From the NCBI RefSeq assembly GCF_018350175.1, contig NC_058368.1:21702001-21766000 (forward strand): 64,000 nt of DNA, given 5' to 3'. Both the position numbers and the translations under genes were made by a program. Below the pieces are notes generated by a model, which saw only the letters and a program-made list of their open reading frames with translations, ran no database searches and was not told where the DNA came from. Origin of the DNA: Felis catus (taxonomy: Eukaryota). This document shows, one piece after another, positions 39,904 through 53,699 of the stretch. Within the stretch, counting starts at the first letter, position 1, and every line of letters begins with the position of its first letter.

Positions 39904-40035
39904 GTAAATACTAATTTGTCTAGAGGAAGTATTATTATAGGTGTCTTAGTAATACATTGCTAGAAGTAATACATTGCTGTGTCTGTTCATAGTTTGAAAA
40001 TTATAGCAATTAATTTCTTATATTTCTTTTTCTAG

Positions 40036-40131
40036 AAAGCTATTATCCAGTGACAGAAACCCACCAATTGATGACCTAATAAAATCTGGGATTTTACCAA
40101 TTCTAGTCAAATGTCTAGAAAGGGACGATAA
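40036..40131 (+). CDS. KPNA3: KPNA3 exon 6: [31 protein letters not shown](N)
   Basis: ttttctag acceptor, gtaagt donor; 96 nt, phase 2-2; ARM repeat sequence. Confidence 0.97.
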
Positions 40132-41309
40132 GTAAGTATGGATTTGAGTCCCTGTTCACTTTTTTTCACTTACCAGAAAGTTTAGGATTATTATTTAACA
40201 AATGGCTTCATTTAGGTGTTGCATTTATTACGTTTTTCATTTGTTATATATTTTTATGTAATTTTCTAATTCTGTGATCATATTCACTAGACCTAGAGTG
40301 CTTCTTTTTTTACTATTTGAAGTGTGTGTGTATATTTTCTAGGAAAATATTAGCTTCTTTTTATTGCCTCTTCTAACTTACCTCAAATATTTTATTTATA
40401 GTCTTTATTTATTTTGTTTTTGTTTTTAGTAATATTTTAAAACAACCCAAATAGTGTTTGAGTCACTCTTTGCTTATGAGTCTATATATAGATTAACCTC
40501 ATGACTGAGTCAACATGAATGGTTTCCAGAACCGAGTGGCTCTTACCCTGGGAATATTCCAGCTAATCCACTGATCTTCTGTGAAGTCTTTAACAGAACT
40601 CCAACCATGATTAATTGTCTAATGTCATGCTTTTTATTTGAAGTAGATTAAAAATCAGGTTATACTTTTCCAGAATAGAAAGGAAAAAACACTGCTTTGT
40701 ACCTTTTAAGGTACAGCCCCATTTCTGTTAGTGTTCAGAGATATCTTGGTGTGTTGTATCTTACACCTCATCAGTTTGAATTAAGTGCGAAGAATGTGAG
40801 TTTTAACTTCACAAAGTATTTTAAAACAAATGCTAGTTTTGCATTTGAGAGTATTTAGACTAAAATTTGGTGTGTTTTGCTAAATGTTGTCTTAAGGAAT
40901 TTTCAGTTGACTAGATAAATGTAGCCACTAAGGATTTTTATTTAAAAATACTTCTTTTTCCTTTCATTATATGCTGCAACCGTTCCTCCAAAAATGCTTA
41001 ACACTCACTTTATACATACATATTTTCTGTAACAAGATTTATTTAAGTAAAAGTAAGTTTTATATCAGCTATTTAAAAAACAATCTGTTCTACCTCTACT
41101 TTTAGGGACACCCTTTTTCCCTTTGATCTTCTCTTTCTTCATCTTTTTTTTTTTTTTTTAACTTTATGTTCCAGCCTTTGGCATAGCCTCATTTTGTGGA
41201 TGTGTTTGTGAATAGCATATATACAAAAAATTATGCTAAAATATATACAGACCTCTGTAACTACTACCTGAAGCAAAAGCAGAAAATTGTCAGTAGTTTG
41301 GATCTGATT

Positions 41310-41530
41310 CTATGGATGGGTCATAGGAAATAGTGTTATCATATAAAAGCCCATAGACTTGGAGCCAAATAGGCATTGATTTAAATCCAGGGTTTGCTAC
41401 TGACCCAAACTCAAGTGGCTTTTGAGCCTCACATACCTCATCTACAAAAATCAGGTGATTGTGAAGAATGGCAATGATATACACAAAACACTACACAGTG
41501 TCAAACTTACAATAAATGCTCATTTATTGT
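41310..41530 (+). mobile_element. MIR relic
   Basis: catagacttggagcca ... tttaaatccagg ... tgagcctcacatacctcatctacaaaa ... caataaatgct. Confidence 0.65.
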
Positions 41531-41924
41531 TTACTTATTGCACTCATTCTTTTTCTGTGTCTTCTCTTCCTTTTTTTTTAAATGAGATCTTAGAACATTC
41601 CCTGCTTTGTAATTTTATTTTTTTATAGCTCACTGTTTTCTCATTTAAGGCCCTCATTTCTAGTATTTTGCCAAGCTACCAGGGCTGGCTTAATATAATA
41701 ACCCCTTCTTCTTCTGGCCTAGAATGACACAAATTCATCATCTTTGATCTTATTGTCCATTTGCTTCTTCTCTGCCTCCAATATACTCTTTATCCCCTGC
41801 CTTTTGCCAAAATTCATCATAGTTCTTATCTGCTCCTCCATTTCCTTATCTGGCCCGTCTTTGACCTCACTGCTTGTTCTATCTCTGACATTTATTCTCC
41901 TTAAAACCTTTTTCCTTCTTGGAT

Positions 41925-42176
41925 TTTTCTTTTTTATTTTTTTTAATTTTATTTTTTTTAATTTTTTTTTTCAACGTTTATTTATTTTTGGGACAGAGAG
42001 AGACAGAGCATGAACGGGGGAGGGGCAGAGAGAGAGGGAAACACAGAATCGGAAACAGGCTCCAGGCTCTGAGCCATCAGCCCAGAGCCCGACGCGGGGC
42101 TCGAACTCACGGACCGCGAGATCGTGACCTGGCTGAAGTCGGACGCTTAACCGACTGCGCCACCCAGGCGCCCCCC
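41925..42176 (-). mobile_element. Young SINEC_Fc-type element with TSD
   Basis: TSD ccttcttggatttttct; CpGs intact. Confidence 0.95.
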
Positions 42177-43168
42177 TTCTTGGATTTTTCTAACCTTTGG
42201 TACTACAACCTTACTCTCTTTCTTCGATATTCATAGAGCTTTCTTCTAAGTCCCTAACCTTTGGCTCCCCTCAGTTTTTGCTCACCTCCTCCCACCTTGG
42301 TATTCTATTTAAAGGAATGTATATTCTTACAGCCATCTATCCTAACTTGATGTACATAATTTACTTTCAACAGGTCTGTCCACCAGCCTTTAACTTTTTT
42401 ATCCTAATTCTACATACCATGGACGCACCGCATTATTTTCTATACTCTGTAGGAGCCCTCTATACTTAGTATGTCTATAGAATAAATTCCAAGTGTTGAA
42501 GCTTGGGATTTGAGTTCTACTCCTCTCTGTCCACTGACACACACTTGGATAACCTACCCTTCCAGTTTCATCCCCTGTTACATGTTTTTACATATTTTCT
42601 TAGCTTCCACTCTCTGGATCTGCTCCTTGTCCTCCATACACATTGTGGTCATTCCACCCGTGATACTTTTATTTGTATTTCCAGCTGACAGTGCCTTTCT
42701 TTCTTTATCTGTCTTTGGAAAGCTAGGTTAGTTTTTACTTTCTTTGTGAGGTGTTCTGTCACAATTCCAAATTGTAATGATCTCATCTTTTCAGTAAAAT
42801 TATGCAGCCTTGTAATATCTCCCGTGTGTAAAGCAGATGATGTAGTAGAGTCAGATGGGGATCCAGCTTTAAGACAGAGGCTGTGGCAGTGATTCAAGTG
42901 AAGTGGGTGAAGGCCTCCACTAGTACAGTGGTCTTAAGAGGGGTACTATAAATATAAGAAATACTTAGAGGGTAAAATTGACATGACTTTTATATTAGAT
43001 GTTTATGGGAGAGGAAGGAGTCAAGGACAATAATGACTGGCCAAATGTTGCAGCTATCAGTCACTGGACTTAAAGAAGTAGGTTTACAATTTGACAATAA
43101 ACTTCATATATTGAAAAAAAAAAAAAAGAAGTAGGTTTGTATTGACTGACTTTGGGAGCCAGTGATAG

Positions 43169-43393
<225 letters not shown>

Positions 43394-43446
43394 TAAATTA
43401 ATATCCTTACTTGCTGGGATTAAAAAAAAAAAAATAATGGCAAGTT

Positions 43447-43612
43447 GGGGCACCTGGGTGGCTCAGTTGGTTAAGTGTCAGACTTCTACTCAGGTCATGA
43501 TCTCACGGTTCGTGAGTTCGAGCCCCATGTTGGGCTCTGTGATGACAGCTCAGAGCCTGGAGCCTGCTTCGGATCCTGTGTCTCCCTCTCTGCCCCTCCC
43601 CTGCTCACGCTC

Positions 43613-43682
<70 letters not shown>

Positions 43683-43715
43683 CAAAAATAAATAAACATT
43701 TGAAAAAAATTTAAA
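43447..43715 (+). mobile_element. CAN-SINE with long (CT)n, 58 nt downstream of the exon 7 donor
   Basis: SINE head, (CT) tract, aataaa tail. Confidence 0.92.
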
Positions 43716-44129
43716 GGCAAAGATGTGGAGTTTATTGTAAAGACTGAATTTTACCTTCCAATATGTTTAAACTAGTGAATTTTAGGAGTTAATTTTGATG
43801 GTTGATATCTTTCCCATAGCTATCATTAATCTATCATTAAATAATTTTAATTGTGGTTACTAAAAAGTGAATAGTTTTATCTTTCTGGGTAGAGACTATC
43901 TGCTAATGACAGGTTTTAAAATTTCTATTTCTAGTACCTCCAGTGTATTGAGTAGCTTGTGCCTTTTAACTTGGAACATCTATATTTTTAAAATTTTGCC
44001 CACCTCAGGATGGGCTATTATTAGTGTGTTGACCCAAACAGACAAAACAGCACTTTGAAGAAAACTAGATGTCACCAAGTACTCTTAATACGTGTAACAC
44101 TTAACTGGCTTTAGGTGGCACTGAAAATG

Positions 44130-44358
44130 ATTTTTTTTTTTTAATTTTTTTTTTTCAACGTTTATTTATTTTTGGGACAGAGAGAGACAGAGCATGAACG
44201 GGGGAGGGGCAGAGAGAGAGGGAGACACAGAATCAGAAACAGGCTCCAGGCTCCGAGCCATCAGCCCAGAGCCTGACGCGGGGCTCGAACTCACGGACCG
44301 CGAGATTGTGACCTGGCTGAAGTCGGACGCTTAACCGACTGTGCCACCCAGGCGCCCC
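44130..44358 (-). mobile_element. Young SINEC_Fc-type element with TSD
   Basis: TSD cactgaaaatgatttt at 44119-44134 and 44361-44376. Confidence 0.95.
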
Positions 44359-44699
44359 TACACTGAAAATGATTTTAAGTAGTATATGATATAGCAATAA
44401 GTTACATTGTGTCAATTAGTGAGAATACTACTCTCTTTCAGGTATTTTGGTAATACCAAAGGAGAAAGTTCCCAGTTAGATGTTAGTTGTACCAAAAAGG
44501 TAGCAGATTTTAGACTAGGGCTTTCAGTAGAGACTAGTAGGTACCTACTAGTTACCAATCTACCTATTAATTGTACCTACAATTTAGTAACAGTATTTTG
44601 TTTGCATTTTTAATCTTTTGGTTACTTTCTATTTGTGATACTGGTGATACTGGTCTTCTGTTTGCAGAAGTGATAAATAAAATCAGTTAAATTACAAAT

Positions 44700-45070
44700 G
44701 TGAGTCAGTTGAAACCCTCACACACTGCTGGTAGGAATGTAGAATGGTGTAGCCTCTTTGGAAAATAGTTTATCAAAAGGTTAATCATAGAGTTATCATA
44801 TGACCTAGCAGTTCTACTACTAGGTGGAACCAAGAGATATGAAAACATGTCCTCACAAAGACTTGTACACAGATGTTGTACATTTACTCACAATGGCCCA
44901 AACATGGAAATAATCTCAATATCCATTAACTGATATAAGTAGATAAACAAAATGTGTTATATAATAGAATACTATTCAGCAATAAAAAAGAATGAACTAC
45001 TCACTATCAACAATCACCAGATTATGGAAAGAGCCCAAATGTCCATCGACTGACAAATGGATAAAGATGT

Positions 45071-45116
<46 letters not shown>

Positions 45117-45876
45117 GGGTTATTCATCGATGAAAAAGAATGAAATTTTACCATTTGCAACAACGTGGATGGAACTAGAATGAAGCTAGCATAATTGCTA
45201 AGCTAAATAAGTCAGAGAAAGACAAATACCATATGATTTCACTCATATGTGGAATTTAAGAAACACAACAGGTGAACATAGGGGAAGGGAAGGTAAAGTA
45301 AGATAAAAACAGAGAGGGAGACAAACCATAAGAGACTCTTAAATACAGAGAACAAACTGAGGGTTGGGGGAGAGAGGAGGGGGTGAGGGGGATGGGCTAA
45401 ATGAATGATGGACATTAATAAGGAGGGCACTTGTTGGGATGAGTGCTGGGTGTTATATGTAAGTGGTGAATCACTAAATTCTATTCTTGAAAAGATTATT
45501 ACACTATGTGTTAACTAACTTGGATTTAAATAAATAATTTTTTTAAAAAAGGATGAACTACTGGTATGTGCTATATAAGGATGAACCTCAAAAACATTAT
45601 GCTAATTGAAAAAAGCCAAACACAAAAAAATCCCACTTATTATACACTTTCATTTGTATGAAATATCCAGGGTATGAAAATCTATAGTGATAGAAAGCAA
45701 ATGGCTGCCTAAAGCTGAATGGGCAGTAGGACTGCTATGTGGGTGTGGCATTCTTTAGGGGGTAATGGAAATGTAAAATTAAATTGTGATGGTAACTATA
45801 CAACTCTGTGTAAATGCTAAAAAACGTTGAATTGTGTACTTAAGCAGGTAAATTATATCTTAATAAAGCTGTTAAA
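44700..45876 (+). mobile_element. Old L1 3' end containing a younger carnivore L1 3' end (about 45002-45544)
   Basis: TSD aaaaaagaatgaactact / aaaaaaggatgaactact brackets the inner L1, which encodes WKEPKCPSTDKWIK and carries a (GT)n. Confidence 0.88.
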
Positions 45877-46395
45877 AGTGTGAGTTGGTTTTAATTTAAG
45901 TGTTAGTAGTGCAGAGAGATACAGCAAAAAATACTGTAAGTAGTACACAATTGTCTGAAATTTAAGAAAAAATGATCCAGCTTATTTTAGCTTCCCAGCT
46001 GGAATGGGTATGATACCATTGTTTCAGAACTTAAGCTAACATGTAAATTATGTAAGCATAAGGATTATAATGATAAATCTCTTTTATTATTCAAGGTAAG
46101 CCAGATATGGGAATAATCAGTTCTTTAATTAATCCCATATCAGCAATTGGGATCATATTGACTAAAGTATTATATTCTAAGTTTATGTGTTTAGGGTTTT
46201 TTTTTTTTTTAATGCATTACAGGAAAAATTTCATTTTTTTTTTTTTTTAGTTAATGATATAACACCTTTTAAATATTGTCAATAGGTGTGTTATTGAATA
46301 TAATTAGGGGAAAATACTAAATTTTTTTAGGGTAAGGGTATATGCCACATTTATTCATTCATTGAACTATAATTGGGTAACTATAGTGTGCCAGG

Positions 46396-46464
46396 CTCTC
46401 TCTCTCCCTCTGTCTCTCTCTCTCTCTCTGTCTCTCTCTCCCTCTCTCCCTCCCTCCCTCTCCC

Positions 46465-46540
<76 letters not shown>

Positions 46541-46588
46541 TATATACGTATATATATATGTGTGTGTATATATATACATATATATATA

Positions 46589-46627
<39 letters not shown>
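46396..46627. repeat. Compound (CT)n-(TA)n-(CA)n-(TG)n microsatellite at the tail of an antisense SINE (46626-46816)
   Basis: Directly visible. Confidence 0.92.
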
Positions 46628-46879
46628 GTTTATTTATTTTGAGAGAGAGAAAGAGAGCGCGGGACGGAGGCAAATAGAGACAGAGAGAATCCCAAGCAGG
46701 CTCTGCTGTGCCAGTGCAGAGCCCAATGCGAGGATTGAACTCCGCAAACCATGAGATCATGACCTGAGCCAAAATCGAGTTGGTTGCCTAATGAGCAGAG
46801 TCACACATGCACCCCCAAGCTCTGTATATTTTGTCAATGTATTTAGACTGAAATCTATAAACTCTTCAACATTTTATAA

Positions 46880-47062
<183 letters not shown>

Positions 47063-47254
47063 TAGCCATTACATCCTATGTTTCCTCTAATTTTAACGTG
47101 GGTTGACTATCTTCTTGCCTTATAAGTACAAACTTAAGATGGTACCTCTTGAAACAGATATGCAATTTGCTGTCAGGATTTTTAGGTTAAATTTGTGTTC
47201 TCCAAATCAAAATCTGGAGAAACAGCAACACTTGATGCCCTTGACTAATGGTGA

Positions 47255-47605
<351 letters not shown>

Positions 47606-48861
47606 TAATGCATATACTGATTTCATTGCAGGTATGAGATTTTTTAAGTAACATATCATATTTAATTTTTGACTCCTGTGAAATGGAAGTTGAGTATCTT
47701 ATGGCACCTGAAAGAATATTAGCCCACCCTAATTCTTATTTTTTAATGACTGTTTTCACGAAAAGGAAACAAACTTTCAAAAAGAAAAATACAAAAGGAG
47801 AAAATCAAATCTCAGAAATTTTGTTACTACATTGCATTGTTGGTTTACTGCTAAAAAAAATTAAAGGATCGCTGCAGATAAAACCTGGTGTACTTAAATT
47901 CATATGTTCTTGAATGAATTTACATTAAATCCAATTGAAATTTCCCTAGATTTCTGATAAAATTAGTGTTCTTAAATGTGTGACATGCTTTGTATTAAAT
48001 TTATTAATTAAAACAAAGTAGAAAATTTTTAAATTACATTTAATCTATAAATGAATCTGAATATTTTAAGTTTTTAAAAATTCTATGCAGCCTTTAATCA
48101 CTTAACTGTGTCAAAAAATGTTAACTCTGAATCTTTATAATTGATATCTTTCACCAGCTTCTACTGCGTTTTGCTGTTATGGAAAGGGTACTTAGTGTGA
48201 TTCTGCCTCTTTCCTCCCAGATTTAAAAAAAAAAAAACAAAAAAAGGATTTGTAAGGCCTGAATTCAACAAACTGTATACTTTGTACTGGTTGTTATTTT
48301 CTTGACTAAATCTGGAGCCAGAAACTTTAATTTGACTCAAGTAGCTTATTAAATATAGGCAGGTAAGTGAGACGACAGTTTTCAGAATAGCTTTCTTTAG
48401 GCGTGCCTGGCTGGCTGAGTCGGTGGAGCATGCAACTCTTCATCTTGGGGTTGTAAGTTTGAGCCCCACATTGGGTGTAGAGATTACTTAAAAATAAAAT
48501 CCTTAAAAAATAGATTTTTTTTTTTTTAGAGAGCTATACTGTATAGTTTCATCTCCATTCTTTCCACTTGACATTTTATGTCATAAAGAAAGTTACTGAA
48601 AACAACTGTTTTTTCTTTTAAGGTACATTAATCTCTGCCAGATTTATTTGGAAGTTTTAATCGGATATCTGAAGTATGTTTTAGGTTTTTCAGATTGAAT
48701 TTATCAGATTTTCATTTTCCTAATAGGGATTCAAGCAAATTTAACGTTGTCTTTTCTTGCTCTGCAAATAGTATTTACTGTTTTTTGTATCACAGTTATT
48801 CATTTTTACAAAGACATATTCATCAACTCTATGTTATTTATTGTTTATCTTCTTTCCTCAG

Positions 48862-48906
48862 ATTTTGCCAGCATTATGTGTCCTCATATACCATACGGAT
48901 ATAAAT
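48862..48906 (+). CDS. KPNA3: KPNA3 exon 10: ILPALCVLIYHTDIN
   Basis: ttcctcag acceptor, gtaagt donor; 45 nt, phase 0-0. Confidence 0.96.
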
Positions 48907-49205
48907 GTAAGTAAAGCAGAAGCTTAGATTTGGGATTTTGTTCTTGATGGAACTGGAAAGGTTATTTATTTTTTTAGACTTTTGTAAGTGTCAGCATATA
49001 TTTTATTAACTTGTGAAGCTTCCACAATGTATAACTATTTTTCAGAAACAGGGTTAAGGTTATATTAAATTTGTATCTTAAATCATCCAAACAGCAATAA
49101 TGCTAATTTTGGAAAAGATTTGCATGTGTAATGTATCTGTATTATTAGTGTATTTTAAAGTATCAGTATTTATAAAGAGGTGAAATCTTTAGAAAGTACC
49201 TTCAT

Positions 49206-49902
49206 GGGGTGCCTAGGTGGCTTAGTCGGTTGAGCGTCTGACTTCGGCTCAGGGCATGGTCTTGCAGTTTGTGAGTTTGAACCCTGCAGCAGGCTCTGTG
49301 CTGACAGCTCAGAGCCTGGAGCCTGCTTCAAATTCTGTGTGTCCCTCTCTCTCTGCCCCTCCCCCACTTATGCTCTCTCTCAAAAATAAATAAACATTTA
49401 AAAAAATTTAGAGGGGCGCCTGGGTGGCGCAGTCGGTTAAGCGTCCGACTTCAGCCAGGTCACGATCTCGCGGTCCGTGAGTTCGAGCCCCGCGTCAGGC
49501 TCTGGGCTGATGGCTCGGAGCCTGGAGCCTGTTTCCGATTCTGTGTCTCCCTCTCTCTCTGCCCCTTCCCCGTTCATGCTCTGTCTCTCTCTGTCCCAAA
49601 AATAAATAAACATTGAAAAAAAAAATTTTTTTTTTAAATTTAAAAAGCACCTCTATATTTCTTTAAATCTCATTTGGTTCTTTTTGTTTTGTTTTGTTTT
49701 TGTTAATGTTTGTCTGTCTATTTATTTATTTAGAGAGCGTGAGCCAGGGAGGGGCAGAGAGAGGAAGAGAGAGAATCCCAAGCAGGCTCCTCACTGTTAG
49801 CACAGAGCTTGACATGGGGCTCGATCCCACAGACCATGAGATCATGCCCTGAGCTGAAATCAAGAGTCAGACCTTTAACCCACTGAGCTACCCAGGCGCC
49901 CT
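49206..49902. mobile_element. Three-SINE cluster: older + (49206-49410), young SINEC_Fc + (49413-49640), older - (49680-49902)
   Basis: Two tandem heads, then an antisense copy; tttagaaagtacct / tttaaaaagcacct bracket the tandem pair. Confidence 0.92.
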
Positions 49903-50923
49903 TCATTTAATCTTATGATAGAATAGATATTGTCACCATTTTACTGAGTAAAAAACTGGGCCTCAAGGAAAGATTAAGTGACTTATCCAAAGTTGCAGGG
50001 CTAATAAAGATCAAAGTTGATATACACAACTGAGATCTTCTGATGGCAGATCTTGTGTGGTTTCTTTGAAACCACACTGTCTCCCAGGAGACAGTTGGAG
50101 GTACAGTGTTGAAGACCCAAACCTTTGGAGGTATAGTATTGAAGAATATCAAGTATAATTTTAAATGCAAAGGTATTTTTAGATGATTTGGTCATTACTG
50201 AGATTTACTTAAGAATTTCCTATATATATTCTGGCAGATTTTTTTATTAGATAATCTGAAAACTCTCCTTAATGTAGTAATGCAAAATGTTACTCTTCCA
50301 TGGGGTAATATAATGAATAAATTTCAGTGAATCTGGTATTGATTCTAGTGTTCATCTAGCATCGATTTGACATCTCTTGTTTCAGCTAAGATCTCTCTGA
50401 TTTGTTACGTGTTTGTGTTTTTATAATTCTGTGTTTGTTTACATACATACATAATATGAATGTGTGTATGCCAGAATTATGTGTGTAATTTGTCATTGGG
50501 GTGAAGAAGATACATCTATGCTAATGTTGCACCACATTTCTCTAGTTCATTTTAGAACTTTAAGCTCTTAGGATGGAATACTTTTGCAGTTACTAAAGTA
50601 ACTGTCCATTTGTGACATAGTCCAAAATATCATAAAAATTAAGTGAAACTTCTCTCTCTTACAAATGTGGTAAGAGGCAGATATCTAAGTAACTAATCTG
50701 TCTAATGATATACAGATGGAAAATGAGTAGTATTTTGTCAAGTTGAAAAGTCATTTCAGGTATATGAGAAAAATATTAAAGACTCAAGAGAATACTTAGG
50801 ACGTTTGGAGAACACAGGTAATTAATAACCCAGCACATTTGCTGGGGAGTTAAGTTGCAGGGTTTTGAATCCTGTGTTAAGGAGTTTTGACTTTATCTTG
50901 TAATCAGTGCAGAGTCCTTGAAG

Positions 50924-51135
50924 ATTTTTTTTTTAATGTTTTGTTTTTTTTTGAGAGAGAGTGAGACAGAGCATGAACAGGGGAGGGCCAGAGAGAGGGA
51001 GACACAGAATCAGAAGCAGGCTCCAGGCTCTGAGCTGTCAGCACAGAGCCCAATGTGGGGCTCGAACCACAAACCATGAGAACATGACCTGAGCCAAAGT
51101 TGGACGCCCACCCGACTGAGCCACCCAGGCGTGCC
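50924..51135 (-). mobile_element. CAN-SINE within an L2-like relic
   Basis: gagtccttgaagattttt repeated at about 50912 and 51158. Confidence 0.88.
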
Positions 51136-52567
51136 TAAAATTTTTTTTTTTTTTTTTGAGTCCTTGAAGATTTTTAAACAGAAATGATGTGCTCATATCT
51201 GTTATGGTCAAATAACTTAGAAAAGGTATGCAAGGTTTGGACTGGGGAAAGTATGAATGTTAAGTAGGCCTATTTTGCTATCATAGTAAGTCTAAAGAAG
51301 TTGATGAAGGCCTGAGCTAGAGACAGTAATGGCTAAGAGAGGGAAAATTTGAGTGTTAAGAGATAAAATAAGTAGGACTTCGAGAGGAAAGGATCAAAGT
51401 GAAGGAAAAGTAAAAATTACTGTTTTCTAATTTAGCAATCCTCATGGATAATAATGCCATAACTATCAGAAGGAGTAAAAAGCAAAAGGATGAGACTAGT
51501 AGAGGAAGGTAATGAGTTTATCGTAGGGCAGACACATTGATTCTGGTTTACTTGAACCATGTTGTTCATCCATAGCAGTAGTCCAAGTAGGAAAACGCAA
51601 TACGGATTTGAGATTTGTCCGTATTTAAGGGATTCATGAAAATATGGAAAAAGGGCTAAAAATTGAATTCTAAGAGACTCTCTACATTTAAGCAATGGCA
51701 GCAAGAGAAAAAGAGCCAGGAAGGGAGTTGTTAAAACTAGAGAGATCGAAGAATAAGCTATAAAGCAAAGATTGGGGGGAAATATGGCAGAAATCTAGCA
51801 GTTTCTGGATCACACAGCATCTCGTATACCACCTTAAGAGCCATATATCCTTTTTATGTAGCTGATGGCAGACCAAAGAATAATCGTCTAATTTGTGTTC
51901 TGGATTGATGATTCATACCATTAAGTGGAGTGTAGAGTTAAGGGGAAAGTAAGGTTGGAAAGACAAATCAATGGTGATTTTGTAGTATGGATGAGAGAAA
52001 ATTAGCACCCGTGTTAGAGCTCAGACATTAGGATGACAAGAGAAGACTTGAAAACTTTTTCGATGATAACTTGCTGGGTTTGACGTGGGTGGTAAGAAAA
52101 GAGGAAGTCAGGGATAATATTCAGCTTTCTAATTTGGGTTTTAGGGTATAGGGCACAACAGAAAACAAGAATAGTAGCAGGCAGAGGAATGAAACAGCCG
52201 GAATGACGTAATTTATTAGTGAGAATGCTGGAGAAGCTGGGTTGGGGTGTGGACATTAGAAGAAAAACTAAATATTCACCCTTAGGACTACAGAAGAAAT
52301 CTGGACTGATTCAGGTTAGTCTGTGTTTATTGCTTTCTGGCTATTATGCTTCTTAAAGTTTATTTGCAGTTGCAGTGATTCTGTAGCATTTGGTTTTCCT
52401 GCCCTTTTTGAAGTTGTCCATGGCTTGACATGCCTAGACAATTTTTAGTGTTCCCTAACATTTGATATAAATCTAGCTTCTTTTACTGCTAGTACAAATA
52501 AAATTAATCAGTTGTAGCAGATGGGTTATGTGTAGAGACTTGATTGTTAGTGACACTTGATGATAAG

Positions 52568-53652
52568 TGTGTCAGGGATCCCGGAGACCACCCTCAGGCT
52601 CAGTGAATTTCCGGAAAGAATCACTGAAAAGCTGTTTTGCTTATAGTTTATTACCACAAAAGGATACAGATCCATTTAGGAAAAACTCAGTTTTTTCCTT
52701 CCTACATAGGGAACGACCTACTTCTTCCTGGCTGTGTGTTTATCTTCTGTGTGTCTCCTTTATTACTCACACAGAACACTTTACTTCTTGACACTTCTGG
52801 TCACCAGATGTGTGGGAGTTTTCCCCACAACAACAGGCAAGTCTCTGACACCAAATGGGTTTCCTGCAATTTAATTTGATTGTGACATGGTCTATCTGGA
52901 GAGAGTGTCAGGTCCCACAGGTTAAGTGCTCAGTTCTTCCAGATTACCCCAACACACGCACCCTTCAGATGCCAGTTGCAAGCCCAGGTTATCACCTGTG
53001 CTTATGACGGTTGGCTATAGATTGGAAGTTCCGACAAGTCCCCTCCTTGGGTTCAGTTAGATTAATTTGTCAAAGTGGCTCACAGAAGCCAGGGTAACAC
53101 TTTAATTGCCAGTTTATTAAAGGAGATGATAAAGGATACAGATGAACAGCCAGATAAAGAGATACATAGGCCAAGGTCTAGGAGGGCCCTGAGGGCAGGA
53201 GCTCTGTCCTTGTGGAGGTAGGGTCCACCACCCTTCTGGTGGGGACATGTTTACCTACCTGGAAGCTCACTGAACTCTGTCCTATTGGAATTTTTATGGA
53301 GGTTTCCTCATGTAGGCATGATCAATTATTAACTCTATTTCCAGTCCTTCTCCCCTCTCCGGAGGATGAGGCATGGAGTTGAAAACTCCAAAACTTCTGA
53401 TTAGGGCTTGGTCTTTCTGGCAATCAGCACCCACCCAGAGTCGCCTCAGTAGAACAAAAGATGTTTCTAGTGCTCTTACCACTTAGGAGCTTATAAGAGT
53501 TTAGGAGCTCTGTGTTAGGGACAGGGTCAAAGGCAAATACTAGAACAAAAGAAGCTCCTAGTACTCTTATCACTTTAAAAACTACCGGGTTTTAGGACTT
53601 CTGTGCCAGGAATCACAGACAGACACCTATATATAAATACACTACTCGTATC

Positions 53653-53699
<47 letters not shown>

